NCBI GenBank assembly: GCA_013265495.1
Contig: MU058252.1
Coordinates: 186,001-250,000, forward strand
Direction: 5' to 3'
Length of the DNA stretch: 64,000 nt
DNA from: Vicugna vicugna
Taxonomy: Eukaryota
Made by a program: the position numbers and the translations under genes. The notes beneath the pieces were generated by a model. The model ran no database searches and was not told the origin of the DNA. It saw only the letters and a list, made by a program, of their open reading frames with translations. Shown in pieces: positions 25,411-38,762 of the stretch. Numbering within the stretch: position 1 is the first letter of the stretch; each line of letters opens with the position of its first letter.

Positions 25411-25849
25411 AAAAAATAACAGGCATCATCCAATAAAAGAGAACATGCTCTATTCCTGGTCAGAGGTCCGTCCATCTGGGATGCAGTGGAGGGGATTCTG
25501 ATTTTGTATGGATAAAGTGGAATATTACAAGAGTCAGGAATTTCTATTTGGCACTAGCCCCAATTCTTTCCCATAGCTTTTCACTTCTGTAACCTTTTCC
25601 TTATTTCCTTCATTTGTTTGATGTAGTTAGGTGTCTCTTTAGAAGTATCTCCCCTGCTGTCAGCCTCACCACCGCATCCTCTCGGTGATGCCAGGTCTTC
25701 CTCCAAGTCCTGGCCTGAGTCTGCAAGTGTGGAAACTCCCTTTCTCCATATTACAGCTGAGGCATTGCGGGGATACACTAAAGGAGTTGTTATGAAGTAA
25801 TAATTCAAAGGAAAATGCAAAGGAGTAATTAATTTTCATTTCTGTAAAG

Positions 25850-27050
25850 AGCACTTTTTTATGTTTATTGGCCGTGTGGTTTTCCTCTCTTTGATGTGCT
25901 TGTTCTATTCTTTCACCCACTTTTCTATTGGTTTGTCTGCCTTTTTCTTACTGATTTATAGGGATTCTCTGCAGACTCTAAATGTGAGTCTTTTGTAAGT
26001 TATATGCACTACAAATATCTTCTTCCACACTGTGGCTTAGCTTTATACCCTCTTAAATATGTATTTTTAAATAAACTTTCAATTTTTAAATAATTTTGTG
26101 TTTACAGATTTGCAAAGATAACACAGAGAGTTCCATATACCCATCACCCAGCTTTAACATCTTAAATTACCATGGTACATTTGGCAAAATTAAAGGATTG
26201 ACATTGGCACAATACTATAAATTAAACTATAGACTATTCAAATATCAGCAGTTCTCCATTAATGTCCTTTTTCTGTTCCAGAATCTCATCTAGGACACAC
26301 ATTCCACTTAGTCATCATTCTCCTTAGCCTCCTCTTCTAGGTTGTGACACTTTCTCAGTCTTTCCAACTTTTTCATGATCTTGACACTATTGAAGAGTAT
26401 TGATTAGGTATTTTGTAGAACGTCCTTCAGTTTGAGTTTGTCTAAAATCTTCTAATGATTAGACTGGGAGATGTGTTTTGGGAAAGAATTCCACAGACAC
26501 AAAGCGCCTTTCTCATATCGGGGGGCACATGATTTCAGCATGACTTAGCACCATAATATGAGCTTTAAGCTTTTGGTAAAGGAATATCTTCCAGGCTTCT
26601 CTGTGGTCATGTTACAATTTTTTCCCCTTTCCGTACTCTTTTCTTCAGAAGCAAGTCTCTAGGTCCAGCCCAAGCTCAAATTCATATTCCTGGAAAGGGT
26701 AGATCTACATATATTAGAATTTTTCTGTATGGAAGGCATTCTTCCTCCACTTTTGTTGATTATTCAATCAGTTATTTATATCGGTTTGCACTCATGGGTA
26801 TTTATTTTACTCTGTAGGTAATAATTCAATACTACCATTATTTGCTGGTTGCTTGAATTTTTCCAGCTTTGGTCACTGGGAGCTCTTTCAGGGTGGCTCT
26901 TGTATCCTGTTGGCATGCCCCCACCACTGTGAGAATTTTTTTTAGTGCTTCCTGAAAGTGACTTTCGATAAACAGAAGCTCGTAATTTTTATGTTTCCTA
27001 CTACTACTTTCTAAAGCTTTTTTGGTTTTGCCTTTTTCACATGTAGGTTG
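25850..27050 (-). mobile_element. L1M fragments (ORF2 with nested L1MC-like 3' end)
   Basis: T-rich; caaagataacacagagagttccatatacc…ttttctgttccagaatctcatctaggacac. Confidence 0.75.
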
Positions 27051-28876
27051 TGGTCAGGAAGCATCACACAGGGGGTTTCTACGGGGCAGGCAAGTTCTGT
27101 CTCTTGACCAAGATGGTAGTTATAAGAATAAAATAACATAAAGTATTAAATATATATTTAAGAGCAAGAAATATAACATGAGCAACTAGAATGGGGGATG
27201 CGGACTAAAGGAGGAAGAGGATGTGGACTCACTCCCTGAAAGGCAGTGGTGGAGAATGTGACATTACAGTTATGCTTTGTCTGCCCAGCTTCCCCTCCTT
27301 TTGGAAATTTCCCTCAACAACATTATGTGATTCACTCAGTGCCTCTGACTTACCCACCAAAGAATAATCACATGACTCATGCATCGTCATCTGATTGTTC
27401 CAGATTAATTCAAGAATGGGCACATGGCTCAAGTAGGGCCAGTTTTCCATTTGGTGCTGATTTGGTTATTCTGGTTGAGAGAGACAGGGTTCTCGGATGA
27501 GAGCTGGATTTGTAGAGATCAAGATTCTGGCGCTGCCAATAGCTTTCTTAAAGCCACAGAAAGGGAGATGTCAAAGGATGGAGCCAACCCTGAGTGAAGC
27601 AGAGTCAGCCTTGAAGAGAGCAGAGTCCTGGGGGCATCAGTCGAGCACCCCAGTCCATCCACGTGAAAGCAGAAGGCACCTGGTCTTGGACAGCTGGGAC
27701 AGTGGCATGAGCGTGAGTGATGACTGGTTGACGATGTGCATCTGAGAAGCTGACCTGTGAGGTTGATGGGAAGCTGGTGTGATGCTAGTGGATGATGAGT
27801 GGAAGACTGTTGGGAATGGTGGAGGATGGTGTGGAACAGACTGAGTAACTGTGAGCTTCGGAGGATAAACCGCTAACTATAGCACCCCAGGTGACCTCCA
27901 GTCACAAACATTCCATGGGTGATTTCCAAGAGGGTTAAAGTTCCTGGAAAAGCTCCTCAGATCCTTTTAAAACCGTGCATAAAGGCAAAGGGCACGTTGA
28001 TCAGATGTAAGACCATGCCAACAAGCTCAGAGACTTCCAGGCTCGTTGTGATGCAGCTGCAAGTGTTCTAAAGACATAAAGCCCCGTCCAGAAGTGGTGC
28101 GTTAGAGTGGAGCTGTTGTTACTGTTGTTCAAATAGACTGATGAGAGGTAGGCCTAGAGGTGAGCAAGGGAAGTGTGATTATAGCAAGTCTATTTATAAG
28201 TCAGAAAAGTTCCTTGGGCTGTTTCTGGACGCTTGAGAATTTGGCAGACGCCCTATGCAAGAGCTAGGACACTGAACGATGCACATCCAATTAATTTAAT
28301 AACCAGTGCATCCACCTGGACTGGTGAATGGGACTGATTTACTTTGAGCTGCCAAATGAGTGCCTGTAGGCAATGGAATAATGGCCCCAGACCGGGAAAA
28401 TTTATAGCTCTTGGCAGCTCTTCTGACTCCCTGCTTCCTTCTCCACATATGTGAGGGTTTCAGGCTTTTAAAAAGAGGCTCATTTGTAGGGATTCAGCGG
28501 TCAGAACAGAAAGCGTAGAATGACTCTTTTCCGGTTCCCACCCCCTGAGTCCAGAGATAGAAGGCTCCTCTTTGACAGCTTTTCAGGTTACAGACTTCCT
28601 AAAGGAGGGCAGGGAGTGGGGCCCCCGGTCTCGTGCAAGGCCCATGAGGCAGTCAGCCCAAAGGAGACCTCCAAGGACACACTGGGAACTCAGGAGGGGC
28701 CCGGAGCTGACTGGAGAGCACTTGTCACTGAGCCCCTGGCTAAGTCGTGGGGCACGTGCCTCTTGCTTGATGCTGGAGATGGGAAGAGCTTAAATCTTCT
28801 GTCTCTCAAGATACATTTTTATTTCTCTTTATCTAGAAAATCCCCCTTTTGTGTGTTTATCTAGTCTAAGACCCTT

Positions 28877-29292
28877 GTGCTGAGTCAGATAATCTCCCCT
28901 CAAAGTCTGTGTCCCCCCCATACCCAGGGTGTGGCTTTACTGGAAATAGGGTCTTTGCAGGTGTAACCCAGTTAAGAGGAGGTCATGTTGGATTAGGTGG
29001 TCCCTGATCCAACAACTGGTGTCCTCAGAAGACGAGAAGAGACACAAACGCAGAGAGAACACCATGTAAAGACAGAGGTGGAGACAGGAATTAAGCCAAG
29101 ATAAGACCACAAGCCAAAGATTGCCGGCCGCCACCAGAAGCTAACAGAGGCAAGAAGACCCTTCAGAGGGAGTGTGGGCTGCCAACACCTTCGGACTTCC
29201 GGCCTCCAGAAATGTGAGAGAATAAATGTCTGTTGTTTCAAGCCACCAAGTGTGTGGAACTTCGTTACAGCAGTCCTGGCAAATTTCACACG
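28877..29292 (+). mobile_element. MLT1B/C-like LTR
   Basis: tggaaatagggtctttgcaggtgtaa…ggcctccagaaatgtgagagaataaatgtctgttgtttcaagccacc. Confidence 0.85.
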
Positions 29293-29983
29293 ACCCCTAA
29301 TTCTGATTACGCTTGTTCAGTGTGTGTGCTTTTGGACACACAGGATACAGTGAGTGATCAGCATTTCACTAACACCACCAGGTACACACTCAACATTTCT
29401 TAATTTCAGTTAATAAAAAGGACAGGAGACAAATGTGAACAGTCCGTATTTTTTTTTTAACATTCTCAAATCGCCCCATTAAAAGAAAACAGAACTAGAA
29501 CAACGAAGCCAAAACTTCCCCTGGACAACATTGACAACAAAAACGGCGCCAAGGTGTTCCCGCAACTCCGAACCGCGAATGTCCCAGGCAGACAGTCAGT
29601 GCGTGCAGGAGCAGCGAGCCAGAGCCAAGCGTCCAGGAGGACGACGAGCAATGGCTGGCCCTCTCTCTCTGGTGATCCTGAGAATCACAGAAACACGACT
29701 TGTCTGGTGTTTTTCTAGGTACTCACTGCTCGTCAGTCTGAGGAAAGCCACCAAAATTGGGAGCAGGGTTCAGAGACTCCAAGTCACAGGTGAGAACAAG
29801 GGACCCCCACGCTGTGTCAAAGCGCCCAGGGCCTGTGAACTTGCAAAGCCAACAACCAGGACTCTCTTCCAAATCCAAACCCAGCCCCGAGGGGAAACTG
29901 ATGAGAAAAGAATCCGAAGTGATCAGGTCAGGGCGCACAGGGACAAAGGGAAGAAAAGGCCCAGTTACCAGAGGGGAAGGGAT

Positions 29984-30105
29984 GGGAGGGGATGGAGCTC
30001 AAGTGGTAGAGCGCATGCTCAGCACGCAAGAGGTTCTGGGTTCCATCCCCAGTGTCTCCTCTAGGAGTAAATAAGTTTAAGTATCACCACGCCCCCAAAG
30101 AAAAA
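29984..30105 (+). mobile_element. Camelid SINE
   Basis: agctcaagtggtagagcgcatgctcagcacgcaagaggttctgggttccatccccagt. Confidence 0.85.
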
Positions 30106-30297
30106 TTAGTGGGGAAGGGGTTAGAGAAGAGGTATTCCAGAGCGTGGAAGGCCACATTTTATAAACCTTTGTGAAAAGAACAGAAACAAGAGCTCTGGAG
30201 TCAAAGTTCAAAACAGTAAGCTTGGCCCAACCTGCTCTCCAAGTACAGAACATTCCTGTCACTTACACGTGAGCAGCCGAGAGGAATCCCATTCAAG

Positions 30298-30375
30298 TGG
30301 CACTGTGAGTCCCTCTGAGAGGAGGGGACATGGCACTGTGAGTCCCTCTGAGAGGAGGGGGCATGGCACTGTGAG
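30298..30375 (+). repeat. 33-bp tandem repeat (~2.4 copies)
   Basis: tggcactgtgagtccctctgagaggagggg(a/g)ca x2 plus a partial copy. Confidence 0.9.
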
Positions 30376-30439
30376 AGGAGCGTGGGATTGCGCGGCAGCC
30401 CCGCAGCCCGGGAAGGCACAGAGGAGCGACGAGGCCAGG

Positions 30440-31700
30440 CGCAGACGAAAACTGGTCGCTTCGTGTTTCAAAATGAGCTAAAATAAATCAAATGATAGGA
30501 GCTATGAAAGAACATCACAAGTCAGAATTAGGAAAGCTCAGGAAGGAGGTGACTGAAGAAAAGGACAATATTAAAAAAAAAAAAGGGAGAATTAGATATG
30601 AAGTAAAAATTACTTTACTTTAAAAAAAAAAAAGACTTTGCTAATGAAGACTAAGCCAGAGGCAGAAATGCAAATAAATAGATGAAAAAGGGAAAAGTTT
30701 CAATCCAAAGAAATGAATAGGTGTGGAGGGTAGAGCTTGGTGGTAGAGCCCGCGCTTAGCATGCACGAGGTCCTGGGTTCAATCCCCGGTACCTCCATCA
30801 AAGGAATAAGTAAATAAACCTACTCACCTTTCCCCCAAAAGAAGAAAAAGTTCTTTAATGGAATGAATAAAAACATGAAAAGATTTCAAGAGACAATAGC
30901 AGGAGACAGGCAAAAAATCAAATGTCTGTATAATAGGGAACCTCAAGAAGAAAGCCAAAGCTATAAAATGGAATAATGCTCAGAATTAAAGTTTAGAACA
31001 TTTTTCCTGAAAAGAGAATACTTGAAATTGCATTTAATGGGCACACGGTACACCCAGGACAGTACACCATCCCCTGAGACATTTGCTAGTAGGGCTATTG
31101 GACTTTAAGGAAGAAAAATGTCTTTGGATATTGGTTAAATAGTCCATGTCACTTATAAAGGGACAGTTAGCGGGTTGCAGTTACACTTTTTGGCAGACAC
31201 ACTGTTTGCCAGAAAACAGTGGACTGAAATATGATACTCAAGGAAAGAAAATGCAAGCGAAGCCAACTTTTGAGTCTAAAGACCATAGACAGACAGACTG
31301 TTGTAAACATTCAAGAACTCAGGGGCTCTTCCTCTCATGAGCTCTGACTAAAGGGTCCATTAGAGAGCAAGCTTCGAACAAGAGAAATGAGTGGAAAGAC
31401 ATCAGTGTGAGGTCGGGCAGTGGGCGTGGCGCCCAGACCAGATGACAACAATAAAGGGGACCAAAGGGAAGGGGATGGCTGTGTCTGACGCTGCAGATAT
31501 AACATAACTAGCAAAAATAATGGGAGGGAGAGTGTGGGGAAGGCCCATGAAAAGGAGAATCAGCTTGCTGATTGCTTTAAAGGGGGAAACCGGAAATAAA
31601 AGAGTGTTACTTCAGATTACATGCTGGGGGGCAGAGAGGAGCGAGAAGCCGTTATCAGCTCACTTTAATATTGCTCCTCATAGGGCACTAATAGAAAAGA
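30440..31700 (+). mobile_element. Very old L1 ORF1 region (L1ME/HAL1-like)
   Basis: A-rich; ataatagggaacctcaagaagaaa…ccctgagacatttgctagt…gtcacttataaaggg…gccagaaaacagtgg resemble ORF1 motifs. Confidence 0.6.
30721..30850 (+). mobile_element. Camelid SINE
   Basis: gggtagagcttggtggtagagcccgcgcttagcatgcacgaggtcctgggttcaatccccggtacctcc. Confidence 0.9.
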
Positions 31701-31705
31701 GGCAA

Positions 31706-32147
31706 ATTATGGAGAACAGTGTGGAGTTTCCTTTAAAAACTAAAAATAGACTTACCATATGATCCAGCAATCCCACTCCTGGGCACATATCCAGAGAAAA
31801 CTCTAATTTAAAAAGATACATGCAACAAGTTCATGCTGTATAGCACAGGGAACTATATTTGATATCTTGTAGTAACTTATGGTGAAAAAGAATATGAAAA
31901 TGAATCTATGTATGTTCGTGTATGACTGAAGTATTATGATGTACACCTGAAACTGACACAACATTGTAAACTGACTATTCTTCAATAAAATACACATATA
32001 CAAGGGGAAAAAAAGATACATGCACCCCAATGTTCATAGCAGCACTATTTGCAACAGCCAAGATATGGAAGCAACATAAATGTCCATAGGCAGATGACTG
32101 GTTAAAGCAGCTCTGTTGTGTGTGTGTGTGTGTGTGTGTGTGTATAA

Positions 32148-32191
<44 letters not shown>

Positions 32192-32640
32192 CATGGAATA
32201 CTATTCTGCCATTAAAAATGAAATGATGTCATTTGCAGCAACATGGATGCACCTGGAGATTATCATAATACTAAGTGAAGTAAATCAGAAAGAGAAAGAC
32301 AAGTATCATAGCATATCATTTATATATGGAATCTAAAAAAGATACAAATAAATTTATACAAAACAGAAACTGACTCACAGACATAGAAAACAAATGTATG
32401 GTTATTAAAGGAGAAGGGCAGGAGGGATTAGGAGTTTGGGATTAAGAGATACGTTCTACCATATACAAAATAAACAACAAGGACCTACTATATAACACAG
32501 GGAACTATATTCAATATCTTGCAATAACATATAACAGAATAGAATCTGAAAATGTTTCTGTATAACTGAATCATTTTGCTGTACACCTGAAACTAACCCA
32601 ACATTGTAAATCAACTACATTTCAATTTTTAAAAAAGAGA
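31706..32640 (+). mobile_element. L1 3' end containing a nested younger L1 3' fragment (31825-32009)
   Basis: 15-bp TSD aaaaagatacatgca at 31810-31824 and 32010-32024. Confidence 0.9.
32117..32189 (+). repeat. Compound (TG)n…(TA)n microsatellite
   Basis: Direct reading. Confidence 0.97.
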
Positions 32641-33354
32641 CAGAAAGAAAGAAAAACGACAAAATCAGGGAACTGAAAGTATCAAGTAACATTGAATAAG
32701 TACGTTCATTAGAAAGTAATTCAAGCCTTCCTAAAGACCAAAAGAGAACACATAAAATAGATCCCACTGAGATCTACAGATAATAAATCAATGAGACAGA
32801 ACTGAGGTCAAGCACAGCGACCATATCATTAAATGTAATTGGGCTTAACTCAGCTAGTAAAAGAAAAAATATTCTTATACTAAGCTACATGTTAGAGACA
32901 CATCTAATACAAAGAGATTCAAAAAGGTTAAAAATAAAAGGACAGAAAAAATTAAAAATAATTTAAAGATACAATAGACAGTTACAAGTAAAAGAGAAAG
33001 CATGACTTGCCGTCTCAATACCCAGCAAAGTAAATCCAGGCCACATTGAGCATTAAGCAGGACAAAGTAGGACACTGTACTATTCTGAAGTCTGCAATGC
33101 ATGATGAAGATTGAACAGTAATACTCTGTATGCATGCAATGACTTAGCAACAACTTTCACAAAGCAGAAACTGTGCGAGATAGGAGAAATACAAAGAAAC
33201 ACATTATAAAAAAAAAGAATATTTAGTACACCCATCTCAAACCAAGAAAGATCAAGCAGACAGATGGATGAGAGAGAGAGAGAGAAAGAAAGAAGGCTGT
33301 CTGTAGAAAACTTTTTTAAAAATCATTACAGTTGACCTTATAGATAAATGGAGC

Positions 33355-33795
33355 AACCATGGCAGGTGCTGTGGTGTGCCACCCATTTTCCTTCAGAAAG
33401 GAAAGATTTAATTCCCCCATCTACTCCAAGTGCCACCAGAAGACGGCCCTCAGCTGTCAGCTCTCATGTGGGTTTGTCTCAGCAGAAGAAAATTGCCTGG
33501 TCCAAGGTCACACCTCCTTCCAAAGCAGCCCACATCTAATGATGGATGGACATGGACAAGCAGACCAGCCTGTCATCCCAACTCAGCATCTCTGAAGGGC
33601 GTTCCCAGCTGCAGCGCTCCCTGTGGGCGGGGCTCGGCTGGGCTTAGCTGGGTCCTCTGCCAACATTGCTCAACTTGTCCCTTCCCTTCCTTCCCATCCC
33701 TTCCACAGGTGATCGTCCAAAGATCATTCTTCAATAAACACTTTGCAGGCTAGCCTGTCTCAGACTCTGCTCCCAGGTAATTCAACTTGTACCAA
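33355..33795 (+). mobile_element. ERVL LTR (LTR16-like)
   Basis: ggtgctgtggtgtgccaccca…ggccctcagctgtcagc…ttcaataaacactttgca…gtctcagactctgctcccagg. Confidence 0.7.
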
Positions 33796-33799
33796 GACA

Positions 33800-36505
33800 T
33801 ACAAATTGAAAATACACTCAGGTACTGTTTCTCACCTATCAAATTGGGCACAAGGCTAAAGTGTGACACCATACTCTGCTGACAAGGTTAGGGAAAGAAG
33901 TACTCCTACATTAATGGTGGGAAACTGAGTCATATGTTACAAAACTACATAAGCAGTAATCTTTTGACCCAGAAAATCTGGGAATTTATCCCAAAGATAT
34001 ATTAGCAAATATATATGAAAAAATGCATGCCCAAGACTATTTATTGTTGCACAACTTTGTAATCACAGGAAAGGTCTGAAAACAAACGGCAATCAATAGG
34101 GTGCTGGGTAGGTAAACTAAGTACATCCAAATGATGGAGTCCTGCATAGCTATGAAAAGGAATGATGGGTACCTCTTCATACTAACGTGGAGTGCTCTCC
34201 AGACAGCACGTGAAAAAATCAAAGAACAGAAAAATGCGCCTGGAACGCCTAAAATAGAAAAAAAAAAGAAACTAGCTAAATAGATCAGACAGACAGAGAG
34301 ACAGACATTTGTTTATTTTTTAAACTATGGAAGGATGAACAAAAAATAACTTAGTGGTTATCAAGAGGGGAGTAAGGAAGGGAACAGAATAGAGGAGACA
34401 AGAAAGAAGCTAGACTTCTTTGAAGGTACCTTGTTTTGTAAATTCAACCTTAGAATTAAACTTAAAAAGCAAGCCCTAAAAATGAAAAGGGAAATTATGC
34501 AAATGAGCCATAATTATGTAACATAACCACTAGTTGGTAATATAACCACCCAAGAAGGAATTATTCCCAGTAATTTAAACACAGTAATGTGACTGTATCT
34601 CCCTAGTGGGATATACTCTAAGCACAAAAAGAACTTCAAAAATATCGCAAGCGGTTTCTGTAATCACATTGTTAACTGTAGTGGTTCGTATTGTTACTCT
34701 GAGACTGTTGTGTGTGTGCTTGATGTGGGATAAAGCAAATGGGTAATTACATTGGTACCATTAGGAGTCAGGAATTTTCAGTGTGAGAAAAAGGAGATAA
34801 AGATGTAAGATCAATGAGGTTCAATTAAAACTCTGCAGTTCTGAATTTGAATTAGTAATAGCAGTATGAACACACTGTACATTTTATCTCTTAAAAGTAA
34901 CACATATTTCTTAGCTACGGACACTGAAAGTGCCTAAAAACAGCCAGTCTAGTAGCAATGGGCATCTCTGTCTATAAATACATTTCCCATTAAAAAGAAC
35001 CAAGATTCATTGGAGAGATGGCTGTTCCCAAGACCAGCAGAGGAATGTACAAAATATGCTGGGTTGGAACATCTTGTCGAATCATAAAACAAGGAAACTA
35101 TCAAGACTACTGGAGTTATGTCAAAACAACTCAGAAACCAACCTGAGTAATTTCCCACTGGCCAAAGATGGAAGCAACGTGAGTACCAGTAAGGACTATA
35201 AATACAAAAGATTGAATTTTTTTTCTATCTATGAGTTTATAACGCTGCTAAAGGAAACTCATTCTTCACTTGAGGAGCATGCCAAGGAACCATATTTTGA
35301 AAAGCTGATAAATAAAGGGGAAGAATTGAGCACTGACAGTGCCTTTAATATATGAACTGTAGCTCTGGGTAACCAAAGAGTTGCTGAGATTATTTCTCGT
35401 AATAAAAGAAGTGCAGCTAAGAAATGGAAAGAGAAGGTAGAATAAGAACATCACCAGTTTGCAATCTAATGAACGAGTGGATTGGAGCAGTGGTCGTTAA
35501 TGACTGTGATGCCACAAAGGAAGAGGGAACCAGCCATTTATGTCCCTCCTGTTGGAACAACGCACCATCAACTAGGGAATAATCCTGCCAAAAAATTAAA
35601 TCTGAGTCTGATAAAGACTCTCGATTTAACTGCCAACTTATGAGAAGCATAGATGACAGGGAAAAGAAGTTGGGTGACCAACCTGATTTGCTAAGGACTT
35701 CCTAATTGAGCACTGGGCAAACTGGGTTGAATGGTCACCCCAATGTTCAGCTACATCACGTGGACAAAATCAGCAAAATCCTGTTGTAGAAAACTAACAC
35801 ACACAAAAAATCCAGTTGTAGAAAATCTAAAAGATGAGCAACCTAGATCCTCCATCAAAACCAAAAAAGCACGGAAAAATATGGAGGAAGACACTGAAGA
35901 TTAAAAGGAACTTGAGATTCCCATCAGTTGCAATACTGGGCCTTACTTGGTTTCTGATTCAAATAATTGTTTTTCAAAAGCATATAGAAACTGAAGAAGT
36001 TTGACCGCTGACTGGGTATTTGATTCTATCTAGGGATTATTATATTTTTAGGTGTGGTGACGCCATTGTGGTTGTTTCTTTTTTTTTTTTTTACATTTTT
36101 ATTGATTCATAATCATTTTACAGTGTTGTGTCAAATTCCAGTGTTCAGTACAATTTTTCAGTCATACATGGACATATACACACTCATTGTCACATTTTTT
36201 TCTCTGTGATTTATCATAACATTTTGTGTATATTTCCCTGTGCTATACAGTGTAATCTTGTGGTTGTTTCTTTTTAAGAGTCCTCATCTTTCAGAAAGAC
36301 TGAAATATTTTCAGATGAAATGTTCTTATATGGTCTCTGGGATTTACACCAAAGTATTCTGACAGCAGGAAAGTGAATGGTCTAGCGTGAGACAAGATTG
36401 GAACTGAGTTGGTAATTGCTGAAGTTAGATACATAAAGGATTCCTACACTGTTCTTAATGCTTTTGGATATGCTTAAAATTTTCAATAATAAAAATAAAA
36501 TTTAA
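33800..36505 (+). mobile_element. L1MC/L1ME-type ORF2 end and long 3' UTR
   Basis: cttttgacccagaaaatctgggaatttatcc…ttaaaaagaaccaagattcattggagagatggctg…tgaaatattttcagatgaaatg. Confidence 0.75.
36079..36258 (-). mobile_element. Young camelid L1 3' end with TSD
   Basis: Flanked by tgtggttgtttcttttt on both sides; near-identical to 20085-20288. Confidence 0.9.
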
Positions 36506-36559
36506 TTCCCAAAAGAAAAAAACCTAGGAGTGAGGCTCATCTGGAAAGTTGAGCTTTGA

Positions 36560-37045
36560 AGCATCACTTTTCTCCATGTGCCAATACATGTCCGTTGGCC
36601 CACCAACCCTCCCTCACCTTTGCATGCTTGCCTCTGGGTTTTGACGGCTGGAAGTCTGAAAACTATGGATCTCAGACTCCACCCCTTGGCTTCTGTTTAA
36701 GTTTCATCTGTGGGAATCGATGACAAGAGATTAGAGGAGAAAAGGAAGAGAGAAGCCAGTCTGCTTCTGCTACAGCAGCAACTGTGACCCTTAGTAGAGC
36801 CACTGGTCTCACAGTGGCCACAGGAGTGGTTGGTGTCCAGCAGCACCTCTGGCAGTGGCAGTCAGTGTGGGCTGGTGGGCTCTATCCCTTGGGCGCGAGC
36901 AGCTTCCTGACCTAGTGGTACCACCCTTTCCTCCCCTCTGCTCTTCCAGCCCTTCTTCCACATTTGCAACCGATGTTACCAATATCCGCTGCTTGAAATC
37001 CCCAGAGAAATGTCTGTGACTGGACTGGACACTGACCGATACACC
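36560..37045 (+). mobile_element. LTR33-like ERVL LTR
   Basis: ggctggaagtctgaaaacta…tctcagactcc…gagattagagg…tgcttgaaat…ctggacactgaccgataca. Confidence 0.65.
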
Positions 37046-38544
37046 ATGACACCACGCACCGGGGCAGCTGTAGCAGGAGTGGGGCTGACATGATGAGATG
37101 GGATTGACAGGGGGTTAGGGAAGAATGGCCATGAACCGGCTCTGGAATCCATCCCAAGCGTCCTGTGGATGTCACTTGGCTTCCCTCCACTCTGGGAGGA
37201 GGAAAGGGTGCTGAAGGCTGGAACACACCCACGGCTGGTCCTACACACTCCCCCTCCCCACCCCTCCTTGCCTGCCTCTAGCTATGGGGCAGCAGACACG
37301 TGTTCTCTCCTATGATTGAGCCCAGAGATGAGCAGTCGGGCCTGGCATGGAAGCTCCTTCACAATTAGAGACCCGGAGTCTTTCGTCCTGTGGCTCTTCC
37401 ATCTGTGGCTGAACTCTGCACGCTTCAGTCAGCAGGAAGGAGCAGGGGTGAGAGGGGAGTTCTTCTTTTGAAGGGCACCTCTCAAAAGTTACATACGACA
37501 CTTTCACCCCATCCAAGCCACCCAGAGGGCTGGTAAACATGGTCCTTATTCTGGGAAGCCATGGGCTTAGCTCAAAATCAGAGGTTCCACTGTTAAAGAG
37601 GGAAAGAATCATGGATTTGGGGGCAGGCATCCAGCAGCATTGGCCACGAAGGGCCATTATTATACATGTAATTGATGTGTTTGTCATCTGGAGGGCCCCA
37701 GGCACACAACAGTGACATTGATCTGTCATCCTCTACTCCTCCCTTCAAACTCCTTAAATAAAAGTCACCTTCACTAAATTTGGGGGTCAGGGGGACTGAC
37801 CCTGACTGCACTAGGTCAGAACATGCTGCAGCCATGGTCTTGTGGGGTCACCTGATTCCTAGCCACTTCCCTGCTCTGCCTCATCCACTTTGCAGCCGTG
37901 TCTTCCTGGAAACACCCACTCCCTCCTTTTCCCAAAGCACCTGCATCACACAGCGATGGATGAAGTGGATTCTACCAAAGGCCTGTGGAGCAAGAGAGGA
38001 ATTTTACCACCGCAGGTAGGAAGTAACCCAGAACTGAAGGTCAAACCTCCGTCTTCCTAAAAATTCATTTCCTACCAAAAAAATAACTTCTTACTCCCTG
38101 TGTGTCTTTGTGGGTCCTGGTGTCCTCTAGATCTCTCCCCTCTCGCCTCTGGGCCCCTCAGCCCTTCTCCCGGGACGCCCACAGGAACGCAAGGGTTATT
38201 TCTGTTATTCCATCTCTGCCTCGCTCTCGCTGAGCCAGGCCACGCGCTCAGGACCTCGTCTTTAGTAACCAAACAGGCCCATTAAGTTATCTCCAAACAG
38301 AAGGAGCCATTCCCTTCTCAACGGGGATGTTCTGACTTTCTCTTGGGACATTCAGCTGTAACTACAGTCCGCTTTTAAAACATTTTTTTCTGCTACATAT
38401 AGAAGATAGAAAGGCTGTCTCCATGTTCAGTGGGAAAACATCGCAGAGACAAAACAGGTATAAGCGATGCCACGCTCAGGAGAGGAGAGGCTGGGAAGTC
38501 CCTCTTCCCGATAAATTGTAAAGGGGCGGGGGGGGGGGCTGGAG

Positions 38545-38762
38545 CGGCCCTTCCCAGCCTCGGCACTTCAGGCTGGACAACTCTGTCGTGGGGGCTGCCC
38601 TGTGCTTTGTAGGACGTTGGGCAGCACCTCCGGCCTCTACCCACCAGATACCAGTAACAGCCCACCTACCCCTACCCCTGGTAGTGACACCAAAAATGTG
38701 TTCAGAAATCATCAAATATATCCTGGGCGTGCAAAGTCGCCCCTGGTTGAGAACCGTGGGCC
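38545..38762 (+). mobile_element. MER20 (hAT-Charlie MITE)
   Basis: gggggctgccctgtgctttgtaggacgtt…ggcctctacccaccagataccagta…gtgacaccaaaaatgtg…cctggttgagaacc. Confidence 0.85.

Noticed and set aside
30298..30375. 33-bp direct repeats as a possible CRISPR-like array
   Set aside because: Head-to-tail without spacers, mammalian context; simple minisatellite.
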